Below are positions 13,326-26,906 of a stretch of DNA of 64,000 bases, one piece after another. The stretch spans positions 152,644,001 to 152,708,000 of the forward strand of contig OX597817.1 in NCBI GenBank assembly GCA_951406725.2, in the 5' to 3' direction. Positions within the stretch are counted from its first letter, which is position 1, and each line of letters opens with the position of its first letter. Below the pieces are notes generated by a model, which ran no database searches, was not told the DNA's origin, and worked only from the letters and a program-made list of their open reading frames with translations. The stretch comes from Octopus vulgaris. Lineage: Eukaryota. The position numbers and the translations under genes are program-made.

Positions 13326-13900
13326 CATGTATAAATACATATATGCATACATACATACATACATACACACATACATACATACATACATACATACATACAT
13401 ACATACATACATACATACATACATACATACATAATACATTCATATATACATACATGCATTCATACATACATACATGCATGCATTCATACATACATGCATA
13501 CATACATACATACATACTTACATACATACATACTTACATACATACATTCACACATACATGCATGCATTCATACATACATACATGCATTCATACATACATT
13601 CATACATGCATGCATGCATACATACATACATACATACACACACATACATGCATTCATACAAACATACATACATGCATGCATACATACATATATGCATTCA
13701 TACATAGATACATACATACATACATACATACACACACATACATACACACGTACGTACGCACATTCACGAATGCATATGTGCAAATACCCAACGCCTCCAT
13801 ATATATATATATGCATGCGTGCACATATGTGTGTATGTATGTATGTATCTATGTATGTATTTATCTATTTTTATATGTACGCATGCATGTGTATGCGTGT
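13238..13900. repeat. (CATA)n/(CATG)n/(CATT)n array
   Basis: Directly visible. Confidence 0.95.
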
Positions 13901-15070
13901 GTGTTTGTGTTTGTACCTCCCACCGCTTTGCAACGGGTGTTGGTTTGTTATCGTCCGCGTAACATAGCTGCCTGGCAAAAGAAACCGATAGAATAAATGC
14001 CAAACTTTAAAAAGTGAGCCCTAGGGTCTATATATTCGACTAAAATTTTCAAGGCTGTGCCCCAGTATGGTCAGGATCCAATGTCTGATACAAGTAAAGG
14101 GTAAAAGCTAAAAGCTAATAATATATCGCAACTGCCTACAACCAAAGTAAAACTCCGTGACAGGAGTGGCTGTGTGGTAAGTAGCTTGCTTACCAACCAC
14201 ATGGTTCCAGGTTCAGTCCCACTGCGTGGCACTTTGGGCAAGTGTTTTCTACTATAGCCTCGGGCCAACCAAAGCCTTGTGAGTGGATTTAGTAGACGGA
14301 AACTGAAAGAAGCCTGTCGTATATATGTATATATATATGTGTGTGTATATGTTTGTGTGTCTGTGTTTGTCCCCCCAACATCGCTTGACAACCGATGCTG
14401 GTGTGTTTACGTCCCCGTAACTTAGCGGTTCGGCAAAAGAGACCGATAGAATAAGTGCTAGGCTTCGAAAAGAATAAGTCCTGGGGTCGATTTGCTCGAC
14501 TAAAGGCGGTGCTCCAGCATGGCCGTCGTCAAATGACTGAAACAAGTAAAAGAGTAAAAATGCAAAAATAAATATATAACTTAATAAAAATAAACACTTG
14601 TTTCAATATGTATTGCAAAATATAACAACCAGACACTGTGCAGAATAATCAGAAGCGTTATAGGCGCAAGCGTGGCTGTGCGGTAAGAAGCTTGCCTGCC
14701 AATACATAGTACCAAGTTCAGTACTACTGCGTGGCACCTTTGGCAAGCGTATCATCGTGCCGACCAAATCCTTGTGAGTGGATTTGCTAGACGGAGACTG
14801 AAAGAAATCCGTCTTATATATATATATGATATCTGCATCACTGTGTGTGTGTGTTTATGTGTTTCTTCCCCACCACTGCTTGACAAGAGGTGTTGGTGTG
14901 TTTACATCCCCATACTATAGCGGTTCGGCAAGAGAATACGACAGAATAAGTATCGGGCTTTAAAAAATAAGTACCGGGGTCGATTTGTTCGACTAGAACT
15001 TCTTCAAGATGGTGCCCCAGCATGGCCGCAGTCTATCGACTGAAACAAGTGAAATATTAAAAGATAAAAG
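13900..15070 (+). mobile_element. Three adjacent SINE family A copies (13900-14110 3' half; 14158-14560 full; 14662-15070 diverged)
   Basis: Mutual similarity; A/B-box head; GAAACAAGTAAAAGAG tail. Confidence 0.9.
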
Positions 15071-15106
15071 GAATGGTCATATCTTTATGTTGTTATGAGA
15101 ACCTTA

Positions 15107-15468
15107 GGAGGAGGAGAAGGAGGAGGAGGAGGAGGAGGAGGAGGAGACCCCCTTTGGTCAGAAATGACCATGGGATTGCACCTAGAAAGTTACCCTCCGA
15201 GGCACAAGTCCGGGCAAGGTTGTTTATGGAAGATCAGCAGTCGCCCATACATACCATCCTCTCCTCACCACACCACTTATGTTATCCAAGGGAAAGGCAA
15301 AGGCCGATACAGCTTGGCACCAGTGAAGTCGCAACTCATTTCTACAGATGAGTGAACTGGAGCAACGTGAAATAAAGTGTCTTGCTCAAGAACACAACAC
15401 GCAGCCCGGTCCGGGAATCGAACTCACAACTTCACGATCGTAAGCTCGACGCTCTAACCACTGAGCCA
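15107..15468 (-). mobile_element. tRNA-headed SINE with (CCT)n tail and 12-bp TSD
   Basis: ATGGCTCAGTGGTTAGAGCG...GAGTTCGATTCCC; TSD ATGAGAACCTTA at 15095 and 15468. Confidence 0.85.
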
Positions 15469-16035
15469 TGAGAACCTTAAGAAATATAACTAAGGTTTCT
15501 TAGCAGCAGCATGGGAGCACCTGAGCCATGAGAACCTTAAGTAATATAACTACTCTGCAACAGCAAGCAAAGGCCTTCATCTTACATTTCTCGAAAATCA
15601 GTCAACAAAAGCTACACACAGAAGATGAGAATACCTTCCACCTAGACCATAATTTTTGTGGTCCCGTTCTTCCATGAGAGATCGACAAAGTAAGAGAGAA
15701 ACCAAAAAATGCCCCAGGACCTGACGGCTTCACAAACATACACCTAAAATTTCTAGGGTCTGTAGGATCACTGTACTCACCAACATCTACAAATACTTGT
15801 AACACTACTATCGAATTTGCAGAATCTGGAAGCCGGTCAAAAGTATAATAATTCTGAAGATCAACAAAACCTAAGGGAAGTAACATCATATATATTCCTC
15901 TTCCTTATATGTGTATCTTCAAAAAATCTAGAAAAGCTAGTCTTTGAAATCATTAACCGACATATTCCCTTTTCCAAATCACAACACGGATTATACAACT
16001 CATCATTATACAACTGAGAAACCTCATTTAGAAAA

Positions 16036-16545
16036 TATTGGGTTGTCCGAAAAGTTCGTGCTGATTTATAGCAACTTACTTTTCGACTTATTTTAGAACA
16101 TGGTTGAGTCCATAAAATAGGATTTGGTTACACCTCCATTCAGAGCACAGTTTAAGCTATCTTTTCGTGGAAGAAGGTTTATGTTCCTGTAACTTGTGTT
16201 AATTCTGTAACCCTTTAAAATGGAAGATAAGAAAGTTCATTTTCAGCACTTGATGCTTTAGGAACTAGACAAAAATTGCTGCAGCTCGGCTGGGATGTGT
16301 TACCCCACTCTCCATATTCACCAGATATTGCTCCTTCGGATTTCCACTTACTCAGGTCTCTGCAGTATAGTCTTAATGGTAAAAATTTCAATTCCTTGGA
16401 TGACGTAAAAAGTTAAAGGTATGATGGAGACGCATTGTGCAAAAAAATGGCTCATATTTTTTTGTTTAAAAATGTAATGGCAAGTATTTATTGACCTTTT
16501 TCTTTCCTTTAAAAATCGGACCGAACTTTCCGGACAACCCAACAT
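16036..16545 (+). mobile_element. Internally deleted mariner element
   Basis: TIRs TTGGGTTGTCCGAAAAGTTCG / CGAACTTTCCGGACAACCCAA; MEDKKVHFQHLML fused to LGWDVLPHSPYSPDIAPSDFHLLRSL. Confidence 0.9.
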
Positions 16546-16914
16546 AAATACACGATGGCTACAACAAAAAACTCACATACACCGTTATAGCTACCATAGA
16601 TATCAGTAAAACTATTGACTTAGTTCATCGCTATCCATTCATACAAAACAATCTTCAATATACCCTTAAGAAACAACACAAAACGCTGACTTGTAAACTA
16701 TTTGTGAGACTGCCAAGCCTATGTAGTCTTTATAAACAGCAATTTAAGAACTTACAAATTTCTCCTAATAGAGTACCATAAGGATCCACCCTCGTACCTA
16801 CTTTATTCACCCTATCCATACGTGACCTTTCCATATGGTCACAAAACATACAGTGTGCCGTATTGAGATACCATCATTACGCTCACACATCATTCTATTA
16901 TTATCTAGACAAAA

Positions 16915-17320
16915 GGCGGTGAGCTGGCAGAATCGTTAGCACCCCGGATAAAATCCTTAGTGGTTCTACTTCCGGCATTACGTTGTGAGGTTGATTCTGC
17001 CTATTTTCCTTTCGGGGTCAATAAAATAAATTACCTATTTCTTTACTACCCACAAGGGGCTAAACACAGAGAGGACAAACAAGGACAGACATAGGTATTA
17101 AGTCGATTACATCGACCCCAGTGCGTAACTGGTACTTAATTTATCGACCCCGAAAGGATGAAAGGCAAAGTCGACCTCGGCGGAATTTGAATTCACAACG
17201 TAACGGCAGACGAAATACCGCTAAGCATTTCGCCCGACGTGCTAACGTTTCTGCCATTCAAGTGTTCCTCCCTTAAAAATTGCTGGAAATTGCTGACCTT
17301 ATGCCACAATTAAGACATTG
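16915..17320. mobile_element. Nested SINE family B copies (old plus-strand copy interrupted by minus-strand copy 17036-17255)
   Basis: Family B head and core on both strands. Confidence 0.85.
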
Positions 17321-17468
17321 CTGCACAACGATTGTAAACCTGCATAAATCACATAAAGACCTGGGTTTAAAACAACCTACTTAAAAGATCATCTACGAAA
17401 TCCATTGCCTCTCTCTTTAAGCAGGAACATTGGAAAACAACCAATACAACAGAATGCAAAACAACATA

Positions 17469-18485
17469 TCTATATATATAAAACTGTAGTTGTGTGAGTG
17501 TCTGTCCCCTTCGATTTAGATTCCTAACTACTCCCACATTTTGCGGTGCAGTTTAACCAAACTCGGGTATCTTATAGTCGTGATTCATATCGAGCCCGTC
17601 TGGTTATTAGCGCGCGTCTACAATGAGTCTACGATTTTAAAAATAATTTAACATAATTTTTTATTCCATTTTAATGCATAATTTTTCGTGTGTCGATGGC
17701 GGCGGAGTTGGCGTCCATAGTCACACCTGCACCTGTTTGCTTCTCCCCTTCTTCCCTCCCTCGTGAAGCTGTGGGGAAGGGAGTGTAAAGAAATCAACGT
17801 CGTAATGCGTTGTGAAGGAAACCAGCGTTCTTTTAGAACAACGACTTCATGGCTTGAAGACACCAAAACAAAAATGGCTAAGAAGCCGAATTTATAAGGG
17901 AAGTAACTCTCTAAAAATGCTTATATAGTTATTTCCCTTACAAACCCGAGCAACGCCGGGCGATACTGCTAGTCTATATATATAAAACTGTAGTTGTGTG
18001 AGTGTCTGTTCCCTTCGATTTAGATTCCTAACTACTCCCACATTTTGCGGTGCAGTTTAACCAAATTCGGGTATCTTATAGTCGTGATTCATATCGAGCC
18101 CGTCTGGCTACTAGCGCGCGTCTACGATGAGTCTACGATTTTAAAAATAATTTATCATCATTTTTTATTCCATTTTAATGCATAATTTTTCGTGTGTCGA
18201 TGGCGGCGGAGTTGGCGTCCATGGTCACACCTGCGCCTGTTTGCTTCTCCCCCTTCTTCCCTCCCTCGTGAAGCTGTGGGGAAGGGAGTGTAAGGAAATC
18301 AACGTCGTAAAGCGTTGTCAAGGAGACCAGCGTTCTTTTAGAACAACGACTTCATGGCTTGAAGACACCAAAACAGAAATGGCTAAGAAAGCCCGAATTG
18401 GCATCTATAAGGGAAGTAACTCTCTAAAAATGCTTATATAGTTATTTCCCTTACAAACCCGAGCAACGCCGGGCGATACTGCTAG
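17469..18485 (+). mobile_element. Head-to-tail dimer of a ~505-bp non-autonomous Helitron
   Basis: Each unit starts TC and ends CTAG after hairpin CCCGAGCAACGCCGGG; junction CTAG|TC at 17972/17973; flanked by A and T, no TSD. Confidence 0.9.
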
Positions 18486-18924
18486 TGCAATATAAACAAA
18501 TTATAGACACAGGCGTGGCAGTGTGGTAAGAATTGATTAAACATTTAATTTTTTTTACCCACAGTCGTGAATTTGTGATGTGCATTAAATTCATTGATTG
18601 ACCTGATACACGCTTATAAGGCTATGTAGTGCACCGCTGACTTTGCTGGATGTGTAGCACAAAATGGCGGGAAATCCTCTATATTAAACCATTAGTGACG
18701 CACTGTTAGTAACTCTCTGCGGTAATATTCCAGAGTATAACATTGTGTTTTCAAGCATTGAAAATTTCTCTTATCATTCCCATTACCAGTAAGGTACTTG
18801 ACAAATATAAATTCGTCAAAAATACGTTTTAGATGCGTGGTATATCACCCGCCATATAGGCCATTATATTTAAACTGCCAAAGGATGATCCATCGAGTTG
18901 GATGATAATCATGCAATGTAGAAG

Positions 18925-19109
18925 TTAGGCGTCGCTGTGTGATAAAAAATTTGCTTTTCAATCATATGGTCCCAGGCTCAGTTCTACTGCGCCACTGCAT
19001 GGTACATTGGGCAAACATCTGCAAAAACTTTGAAACGACCAAAGCCTTGTAATTTGCTTTGGTAGCCGGAAAGTGAAATCTCATCGTGTACAGACATCTC
19101 TCTCTCCCT

Positions 19110-19195
<86 letters not shown>

Positions 19196-19270
19196 AATTA
19201 ATTTACTCTGCCATGTATTGAGTACCTTATTTACTGTGGTTAACCCGACTCAACCCGGGACCTACATATA

Positions 19271-19342
<72 letters not shown>

Positions 19343-19610
19343 ATTATGTATATGTGCATGCGCGTGAGTGCGTGCGTGCGTGTTTTTGTATCTATGTTTG
19401 TCCTGCACCACCGCTTGACAACCGGTATCTGTGTTTACATCCCTTGACACAAAGAGTTCGGCGAAAGAGACCAACAGAAAATGCACCAGGCTTTAGAAAA
19501 GTAAGTACTGAGGTCGATTCGTTCGACTGAGAATAATAATAAAAAGAGAAAAGAATTCTTCAAGGCAGTATCCCAGCATGACCGCGATCTAATGACAGAA
19601 ATAAGTAGAA
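18925..19610 (+). mobile_element. Diverged SINE family A split by microsatellites and a pLTR-like insert (19190-19263)
   Basis: Head at 18925-19090 and tail at 19380-19610. Confidence 0.7.
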
Positions 19611-20249
19611 CATTGATATTATCGTCCACTATCTCGTTGAATGTTTTGATGCATTGTATTTGCACTTAATGGAATTCATTTTTGAATAGACCGAGATAAT
19701 ATCTTCACAAGAGTTTACCAGCATTTCTTTAATTGATCGTATTTTTATTTCCCCAGCGACACACCATTGTCCTTACTGCATTGTATTTAAGGAGGTATTG
19801 TATGATGTCCTCCATTAACAGAATGTTTTAAAATTTGTTCAATTTCAATTTTCTTTCTTTCAGCACCTTAAAAGGAATCATTATCTTTATTTTTCTTACA
19901 AGAAAAGCAAACTCGAATTAGTTTGCTTTTCATCTTCGCAGATTTCTTGACTTTATTAATACAAGTCCCCCACCCCCACAGCAAATTAACTGGCACTCTG
20001 TCGTTTAGGACGATGAGGGTTCAAGTTGATCGAATCCATGGAACAACCTGCTCATGAAATTAACTTGCAAGTGGCTGAGCACTTCACAGATACGTATGCC
20101 CTTAACGTAGTTCTTAGGAAGATTTTAGCGTGACACAGAATGTGACAAGCTGGCCCTTTGAATTACAGGTACTATTGGTTTTTACCTGCTGATATTGATG
20201 TATTGGTAAAGGAAAGATATGAATCCAAAATTTCAATAGTCTTGTGAAT

Positions 20250-20645
20250 ATTCTTTTCTACTCTAGGCACAAGGTCCGAAATTTTTGGGGAGGGGCCCAG
20301 TCGATTAGATCGACCCCAGTACGCAACTGCTACTTAATTTATCAACCCCGAAAGGATGAAAGGCAAAGTCGACCTCGGCGGAATTTGAACTCAGAACATA
20401 AAGACAGACGAAATACCTATTTCTTTACTACCCACAAGGGGCTAAACACAGAGAGGACAAACAAGGACAGACAAACGGATTAAGTCGATTATATCGACCC
20501 CAGTGCGTAACTGGTACCTATTTAATCGACCCCGAGAGGAGGAAGGGCAAAGTCGACCTCGGCGGAATTTGAACTCAGGACGTAGCAGCAGACGAAATGC
20601 CGCTAAGCATTTCGTCCGGCGTGCTAACGATTCTGCCAGCTCGCC
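20250..20645 (-). mobile_element. SINE family B with two body units
   Basis: Two cores and one head; junction GAAATACCTATTTCTTTAC. Confidence 0.88.
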
Positions 20646-20834
20646 TGTCTGCACTTTTTAGTACCAGCTACTACCTATTATAATTATTAGGTATTTTGAC
20701 CGCTTTACACAAATTCACATCTCTCAATTCATCTACATCTCTCCGATATCTATGAGTGTTATGCATTCGGTGGTTGTCTCTAAACTGCATTTGCTCTCAA
20801 CATGGCGACATCGCACAGAAAGTGATGCAGCCAG

Positions 20835-21051
20835 TACGAGTGGGTGATGAAACGTTCCTGGTTTCAAGGGTGTCGCGAAAGGCCTGGCTGGAAACTCAAC
20901 CTTCCGAGTTCTTTTACGTCTCTCAGAAAAACTGAAGGACCGCTGCAATGTGTGAATCTAAGAGGGGAATATGTTGAATAAAATCATAATCAACTGATTC
21001 TCCAGTATTTTCTTTTTCCCAAAGCTAGAAACATTTCAGTACCCACTCGTA
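20835..21051. mobile_element. Mariner-type MITE (~215 bp)
   Basis: TIRs TACGAGTGGGTGATGAAACGTTCCTGGTTT / AAAGCTAGAAACATTTCAGTACCCACTCGTA with TA ends; an internal piece recurs at 59041-59100. Confidence 0.85.
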
Positions 21052-22324
21052 TTTTTAGCTTAGCATTGCCACAAGTCAGATTTTCCCCTACACATTTGAA
21101 TATGAAGCTGAGAGCAAGCAATAAAATTTTTTAAAGGCCAGAAGACGACAACGTTCATGAGAAAATATAATTAATTTGTTTATGGGATATAAAAAACAAT
21201 AAGCAGCATATGGCTGATGAAAATCTAAGTCAAAGCACCCATTTGGAAACAGGTATTACATATAATATTTCACTGTCTGGTGATTCCAACTATTGATAAA
21301 TTATTAAAACTATGTTTTAGGAAACAATAAGCAATAAAAGCTAATTATATATAAATAAGTAATGCACATCAGCAAACTATATTTTATTGCATTATTTTAT
21401 GTATTTTTTGATATTTATTTTTATGCGAATGTCAGCTTTCGACCGCAAGAGTTCCATTGACCTTCTTTTGATCCCCAGATGTTTATCGACTCCTAAGGAT
21501 GGTTCCATCTATCCTGAGGGATAGATCGGTATCGATCACTTTGAGTTGAGGAGAGAGAAATCTATTGCAGGAGTGAGAGGTTGAAAGGAAGGGTGGGGGT
21601 GATAGAGGATTCGGGCAGAAGTAAAGTAGGGAATGATATAGAAGAAAAAGAGAACAAGAACTAAACAAAGAAAAGATTTGTCTCGATTGGCTGTCACGTA
21701 CACGTTTGTCTTTGAGCTCACTCAACTGTATCTTGAAGATACGGAAGACTGCCAAATGAACACAAAAGACCAACAGCCAAGGTCAACAGACGGTCAAAGT
21801 GAGAGTGTGGCTCTGAGAGAGACAGAGAAAAAGTGAGAGAGTGAGAAAGGGAGAGGGGAAAGAGTGTGTAAGTGAAGAAGGCAGAAGAAGAAGAAGAAGA
21901 AGAAGAAGAAGAGTGAGTGAGAGAGAGAGAGAGAAGAGGAGGAGAGAGAGAAAACGGAGTGCGTCGAAGGATGCCAGCGTTCAGATGGAATAACAATCTC
22001 GTATCCGCCTGTATGTCTGCAGTAATGAATATGTATGATCTCTGCTGCTTTATCATGCAGATTTGTTGGAGAATGATCAAGAGTGAGATGGAAAAGCTGA
22101 ATTATGCTTAACAAATTCCAATAAAACAGCCCTGTCTCTTCAACATTCGGTGGCCAAATAAAATCCACATCACGCAACAGAACCTGATAAAATTACAAAA
22201 ATACACCTAAAATACACAGGATTTTGTATTTAAATCACTTCGCTCACCAAATCTCTTCAATTACTTGCACTAGGGATGTTAAACTTTAAGAAATTAAAGA
22301 CTAAGCAAAATTATAATTTATTAG

Positions 22325-22535
22325 TTTCAAATTTTGGTACAAGGCCAACAATTTCGGGGGAAGGGGGAAATCGATTACATTGACCTAAGTGTTCAACTGG
22401 TACTTATTTTATCGATTCCGAAAGGAGGAAAGGCAAAGTCGACGCCTGTGGCATTTGAACCCAGAACGTAAAGACGGACGAAATGCCGCTAGACATTTTG
22501 TCTAGAGTGCTAGCACTTCTGCCTGCTCACCGCCT
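22325..22535 (-). mobile_element. SINE family B, diverged
   Basis: Core and head similarity. Confidence 0.85.
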
Positions 22536-22812
22536 TCAGCAAAATCATAATTTATTGCCCGAAACGAAACCAAACTAAAAGAGTAGACCCGTGCAGACAC
22601 AACACTCTCCTTCCTCCACATCAGTCTATAAAGATTCCTTCTTGAAATCACTGAATCACACATTCCCCTCTCAAAATTACAATACAGATTACAGTAGAGT
22701 TTCATTGTGCACACAAGAGTAAAAGCGATAATATGAATTGTGAAATTAACTCTAATGATAATTTTCCTGAACTAAATTTCGATGACTTTGATAATACAGT
22801 CAACACCAAGTT

Positions 22813-22896
<84 letters not shown>

Positions 22897-22917
22897 GTAA
22901 TAATAATAATAATAATA

Positions 22918-23440
22918 GACTTCTGATCTTAACTGATTGGAAGTGTTATCATGTACATTGTTTTGTCTTGGTATAAAAGATGGGATACAGCAAATATTCT
23001 GCTCAGTACCACAGATTTGCTTGTCAGTTGTTTGACCTTAACCAGTTGAGCATGTCCCTTAGTGGCTGACGATATGTGCATCTCTGATCATGAGCAGAAG
23101 TAGTGGGGGAGCATCATAGCCATGTGTTGAAAGGAATTCTTAGAGGTTTGGATAATTCACTTTTGGAAACATTGGTGGTTCGTTCAACATCCTTAAACAG
23201 TTCTTATTCAGGGACCTTTTGAGCGTGATGGGCTACTAGACCAGAAGAAAATTCTAACTGGGCCCCACCTACAAGGTCATGCGCTGTTTATCTTGATATG
23301 AGATTACCATGTCGTGCACATATGGTTGTGATGCATGTGCTTGGTGTACCCTTATCAGACGGGTAGTCATGATGGGTATACTGGGCTTCGTATATTTTAC
23401 CCCAGTGTCACTTTGATGGCTTGCACTGCTCTCTCACTCA
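22918..23440 (+). mobile_element. Probable non-LTR retroelement 3' end inserted in an (AAT)n tract
   Basis: Complex ~520-bp sequence flanked by (AAT)n at 22815-22917 and 23440-23469. Confidence 0.5.
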
Positions 23441-24288
23441 ATAATAATAACAACAACAACAACAACAATCCTGCTTTAACACCTAATTCTGAGAGGAGGA
23501 CTTGTATGAATTATTTTAACCACGATTACCAAACACAATTGAATAAATGACTGTGTAATTATAAAACCAAAATTGCCTGTCCTTTAAAAAATCAGTGTTT
23601 AACGAAAAATATAGTGCATCAATGTAAGGTTATAACAGATCTATTATTACATAGGTTTATCTGCTACAATTTGGAAATCTAGATTTCATAATCATTTTCA
23701 TTCATTTAAGTGTAAAAGAAAAAGTAATTCTACAAATCTTAGTAAATGCATTTAAGATTTAAAAGACAGGGAGATTAAGTATGATTTAAAGTGGTCCATT
23801 ATTAATTACGGGCCATCGTATAATATTGGCAATTTTAAATGTGATCTTTGCCTTGAAGAATTATATAATTATTCATGAATTAATTTTATTAAATTATAAT
23901 GGTAATTTTACAAGGAAATATTATCACAAAACTAGGAAGGTATATAAATATTTCAATTCTTAATTATAATTGCTTTTCATATATTATACAATAAGCATAG
24001 TTTTTCTAAAAATATTTTGCATATTTAATAAGCAGGTAACTAATTGTCGCGACGTAGGATCGCTGTTTCTAACAGTCGTAACGTAGAATTCATACGTTAA
24101 TTCTTTTATTCTTCGTTATTCACTGACGTCACTAAAAGTTGAATACTAAACTAGCTTTTCTTAGAATATTTTTTCTTAACGTTCTTTTTGTATGCTTTCA
24201 TGTACTGGAAGTATTTTCTTAGTTCACTTTGAATTTAACTAATTTTGGATTGCCTTGAAAACGCGCTAACATATATTTTCGGATATGT

Positions 24289-24331
<43 letters not shown>

Positions 24332-24642
24332 TGCATGCGCGTGTGCAGCTTCAACATATTTGCTTATTCTAATCCAGATAACGCATCAGGTAAATGTTTC
24401 CTCACAACTATTTTAGATATGGCTACGTCTTGTTACATTAACATCTTATTACATCATTTTACATATATTATTTTGTATTATCTTAAAATAATATTAAGGC
24501 TCATCGCCTTTATATATCGGAGTCGATAAAATAAATACCCCTAAAGTACTGGGATCATTGTTATTGAATTGCCTTTCCCCTCAAAATTGCTCATCTTGCG
24601 CCAAAGTCAGAAAGAATTATTATTACATAATGTTGTTAGCAG

Positions 24643-25050
24643 AATTTTTGTAACTAAACACTTTCAAACCTCGTATACTTTTCGAATGTGTCAGATAAAA
24701 CATCTCTTACTCTTGGCGTTGTTGAGAAAATTCTGTACTTTGGAAGTTATTTTTTTGTTAAAGTTGTCGTATTTCGGTAATTTCAACCAATCAATGACGT
24801 GTATTCAGCTGAATACAATTACTGCCGTTGCTTGTCAACAACAACTATCGGCGGTGTATATTTCGTTTGTCACTGTTTACAGAAATAGGACAATTTTAAC
24901 AAGAAATAACCTCCAAAATACAGAATTTTCTCAACAACGCCAAGAGTAAAAGATGTTTTATGTGACACATTCTACCAGTATATGAAGTTTGAAAGTGTTT
25001 AGTTACAAAAATTATTTTTTAAATCTGTCAGTCAAAAGGTAAAGATCACT
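24643..25050. mobile_element. Foldback MITE with ~130-bp inverted arms
   Basis: 24643-24775 is the reverse complement of 24882-25013. Confidence 0.85.
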
Positions 25051-25409
25051 CATCGAATGTATAAAAAGGAATTCACAAAGTTGAAAATTGTTGAAATCAT
25101 TTTCGTTGAGATTTAGCGTCTGGCGTACGAAACCGCGAATAACGGCCTTCAACCAATATTTTTCGCTTTCAAAAGCCACCGCGATGCAACTTGCGAGAAA
25201 AATTATTCTTACATTCTGAAATAAATTTTCGAATCTCGTTTGTTAACTTTTCTGATGCTAAAAATATCCTGCAAAATTTTCAATTTAAAAATTGCATAAA
25301 AATAAATTACAAGAAGATGCTAGGTTTTTTTCTCTAACTTTTTTACATAGTTTAACCTACGCAAGTTAATGTTTGATAAAAATAAAAAAAGGAATTTTGA
25401 AAGAAATAT

Positions 25410-25567
25410 CAAGCGTGGTTGTGTGGTAAGAAGCTTGCTTCCCAACGACATGGTTCCGGGTTCACCCCCACCGAGTGGCACCGTGGGCAAGTGCATTCTG
25501 CTATAGCCTCGGGCCGACCAAGGCCTTGTGAGTGGATTTGGTAGACGGAAACTGAAAGAAACCCGTC

Positions 25568-25570
<3 letters not shown>
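25410..25570 (+). mobile_element. SINE family A 5' half
   Basis: Head and core match. Confidence 0.85.
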
Positions 25571-25604
<34 letters not shown>

Positions 25605-25703
25605 ATCCAAACATGAACAAAGAGAAAACACAATAGCTCGAGGACGTGGAATAAGTATAGTGTTATTGGACGCCCAGGAAAGGAAAGGAAAGAAAGAAGG
25701 AGG

Positions 25704-25738
25704 ATTTGCCGTTTCGAGCGGAGCTCTTCGTCAGAAAT
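25704..25738 (-). ncRNA. Minimal type I hammerhead motif (family 3), cleavage-site U mutated
   Basis: attt-CTGACGA-a-gagc-tcc-gctc-GAAA-cg-GC-aaat. Confidence 0.6.
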
Positions 25739-26581
25739 ATAGAAAAATAGAAAAAGTCCAAAGAAGGGAAGACGGAGAAAAACAAGGGAGACAACGGGAG
25801 TGGGGTGTTTTCATCTTTTAAAACTCACTTCACTGAAGTATAAAATACACTATATTTGGCGAAGTAGTAAAGGGAATATCACCCAGTAAATAATGTACAA
25901 TATTACAGAAAAGTGAAAAAGAAAAATTAGCATATTTAAAAAAAAAAAAATTAGCATATCAAAAAAAAAAAATCATTGACATTAGTTACTCAGGGACGCT
26001 GTCCGTATAAGAAATAATAGCTAACTCAGTGCTAACACATTTAATATAGTGAGCATTCGAATTCTAATTATAAATAATTAGGCGCTGTCGGAAAGACAAC
26101 ATTAGCTCAATGACTAATATTACTTGTAATCATTTCTGCAAGTACAGGAAACATCTCCAGACATGTTTCGGTCTTATTTGATGTTAAGAGGTGAGTATTG
26201 GACAAGTCTATTACTGGATTTGATTGCTATCTTCTGATTATGAGCTTCTGTCTACAGTGTCTAGAGTGTGAAGGCTGTAAAAAAAAAAAAATCCATCTGA
26301 CGTTAAATTCATCAATTAAATTTTTTTTGGCTCACAAATAAATTAGAAACTATGCTCATTAATGCTTCTACATTGTTGTCACAAGATCTCGTGACCATGA
26401 CTCTCTTGCTCTCTCTCTCCCTCTCTCTCTCTCTCACTGTGCGTGTGTATGTACGTATACATACATATATATATGTATATATATACATGTATATATGTAT
26501 ATATATACATGCAAATATATATGGCGGTGCCCCAGCATGGCCACAGCTCATAAGCTGAAACTAGAATCAATCAATCAATCA

Positions 26582-26619
<38 letters not shown>

Positions 26620-26620
<1 letters not shown>

Positions 26621-26820
26621 TTTATTTTAAGCAGCAGAAAATTCAACAAAATCTGTTACTCTGAGTTTCTCGTTGCCGTTCATCAGACAGTATATATGTG
26701 TGTGTGTGTATATACACATATATATATACATACATATGTGTGTGTGGATATATACATACATGTGTGTGTGTATGTGTGTATGTATGTATATATATATATG
26801 TATATATATATATACATATG

Positions 26821-26906
<86 letters not shown>

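Larger units (their letters stand above)
15560..17460 (+). pseudogene. Decayed LINE RT (Jockey/I-like), interrupted by a mariner and SINEs
   Basis: KNAPGPDGFTNIHLK (15705), SQHG, ATIDISKTIDLV (DxSKAFD), VP*GSTLVPTLF (GVPQGS). Confidence 0.75.

Noticed and set aside
21917-22111. Short ORF MPAFRWNNNLV... as an exon
   Set aside because: No homology recognised and no supporting splice structure.
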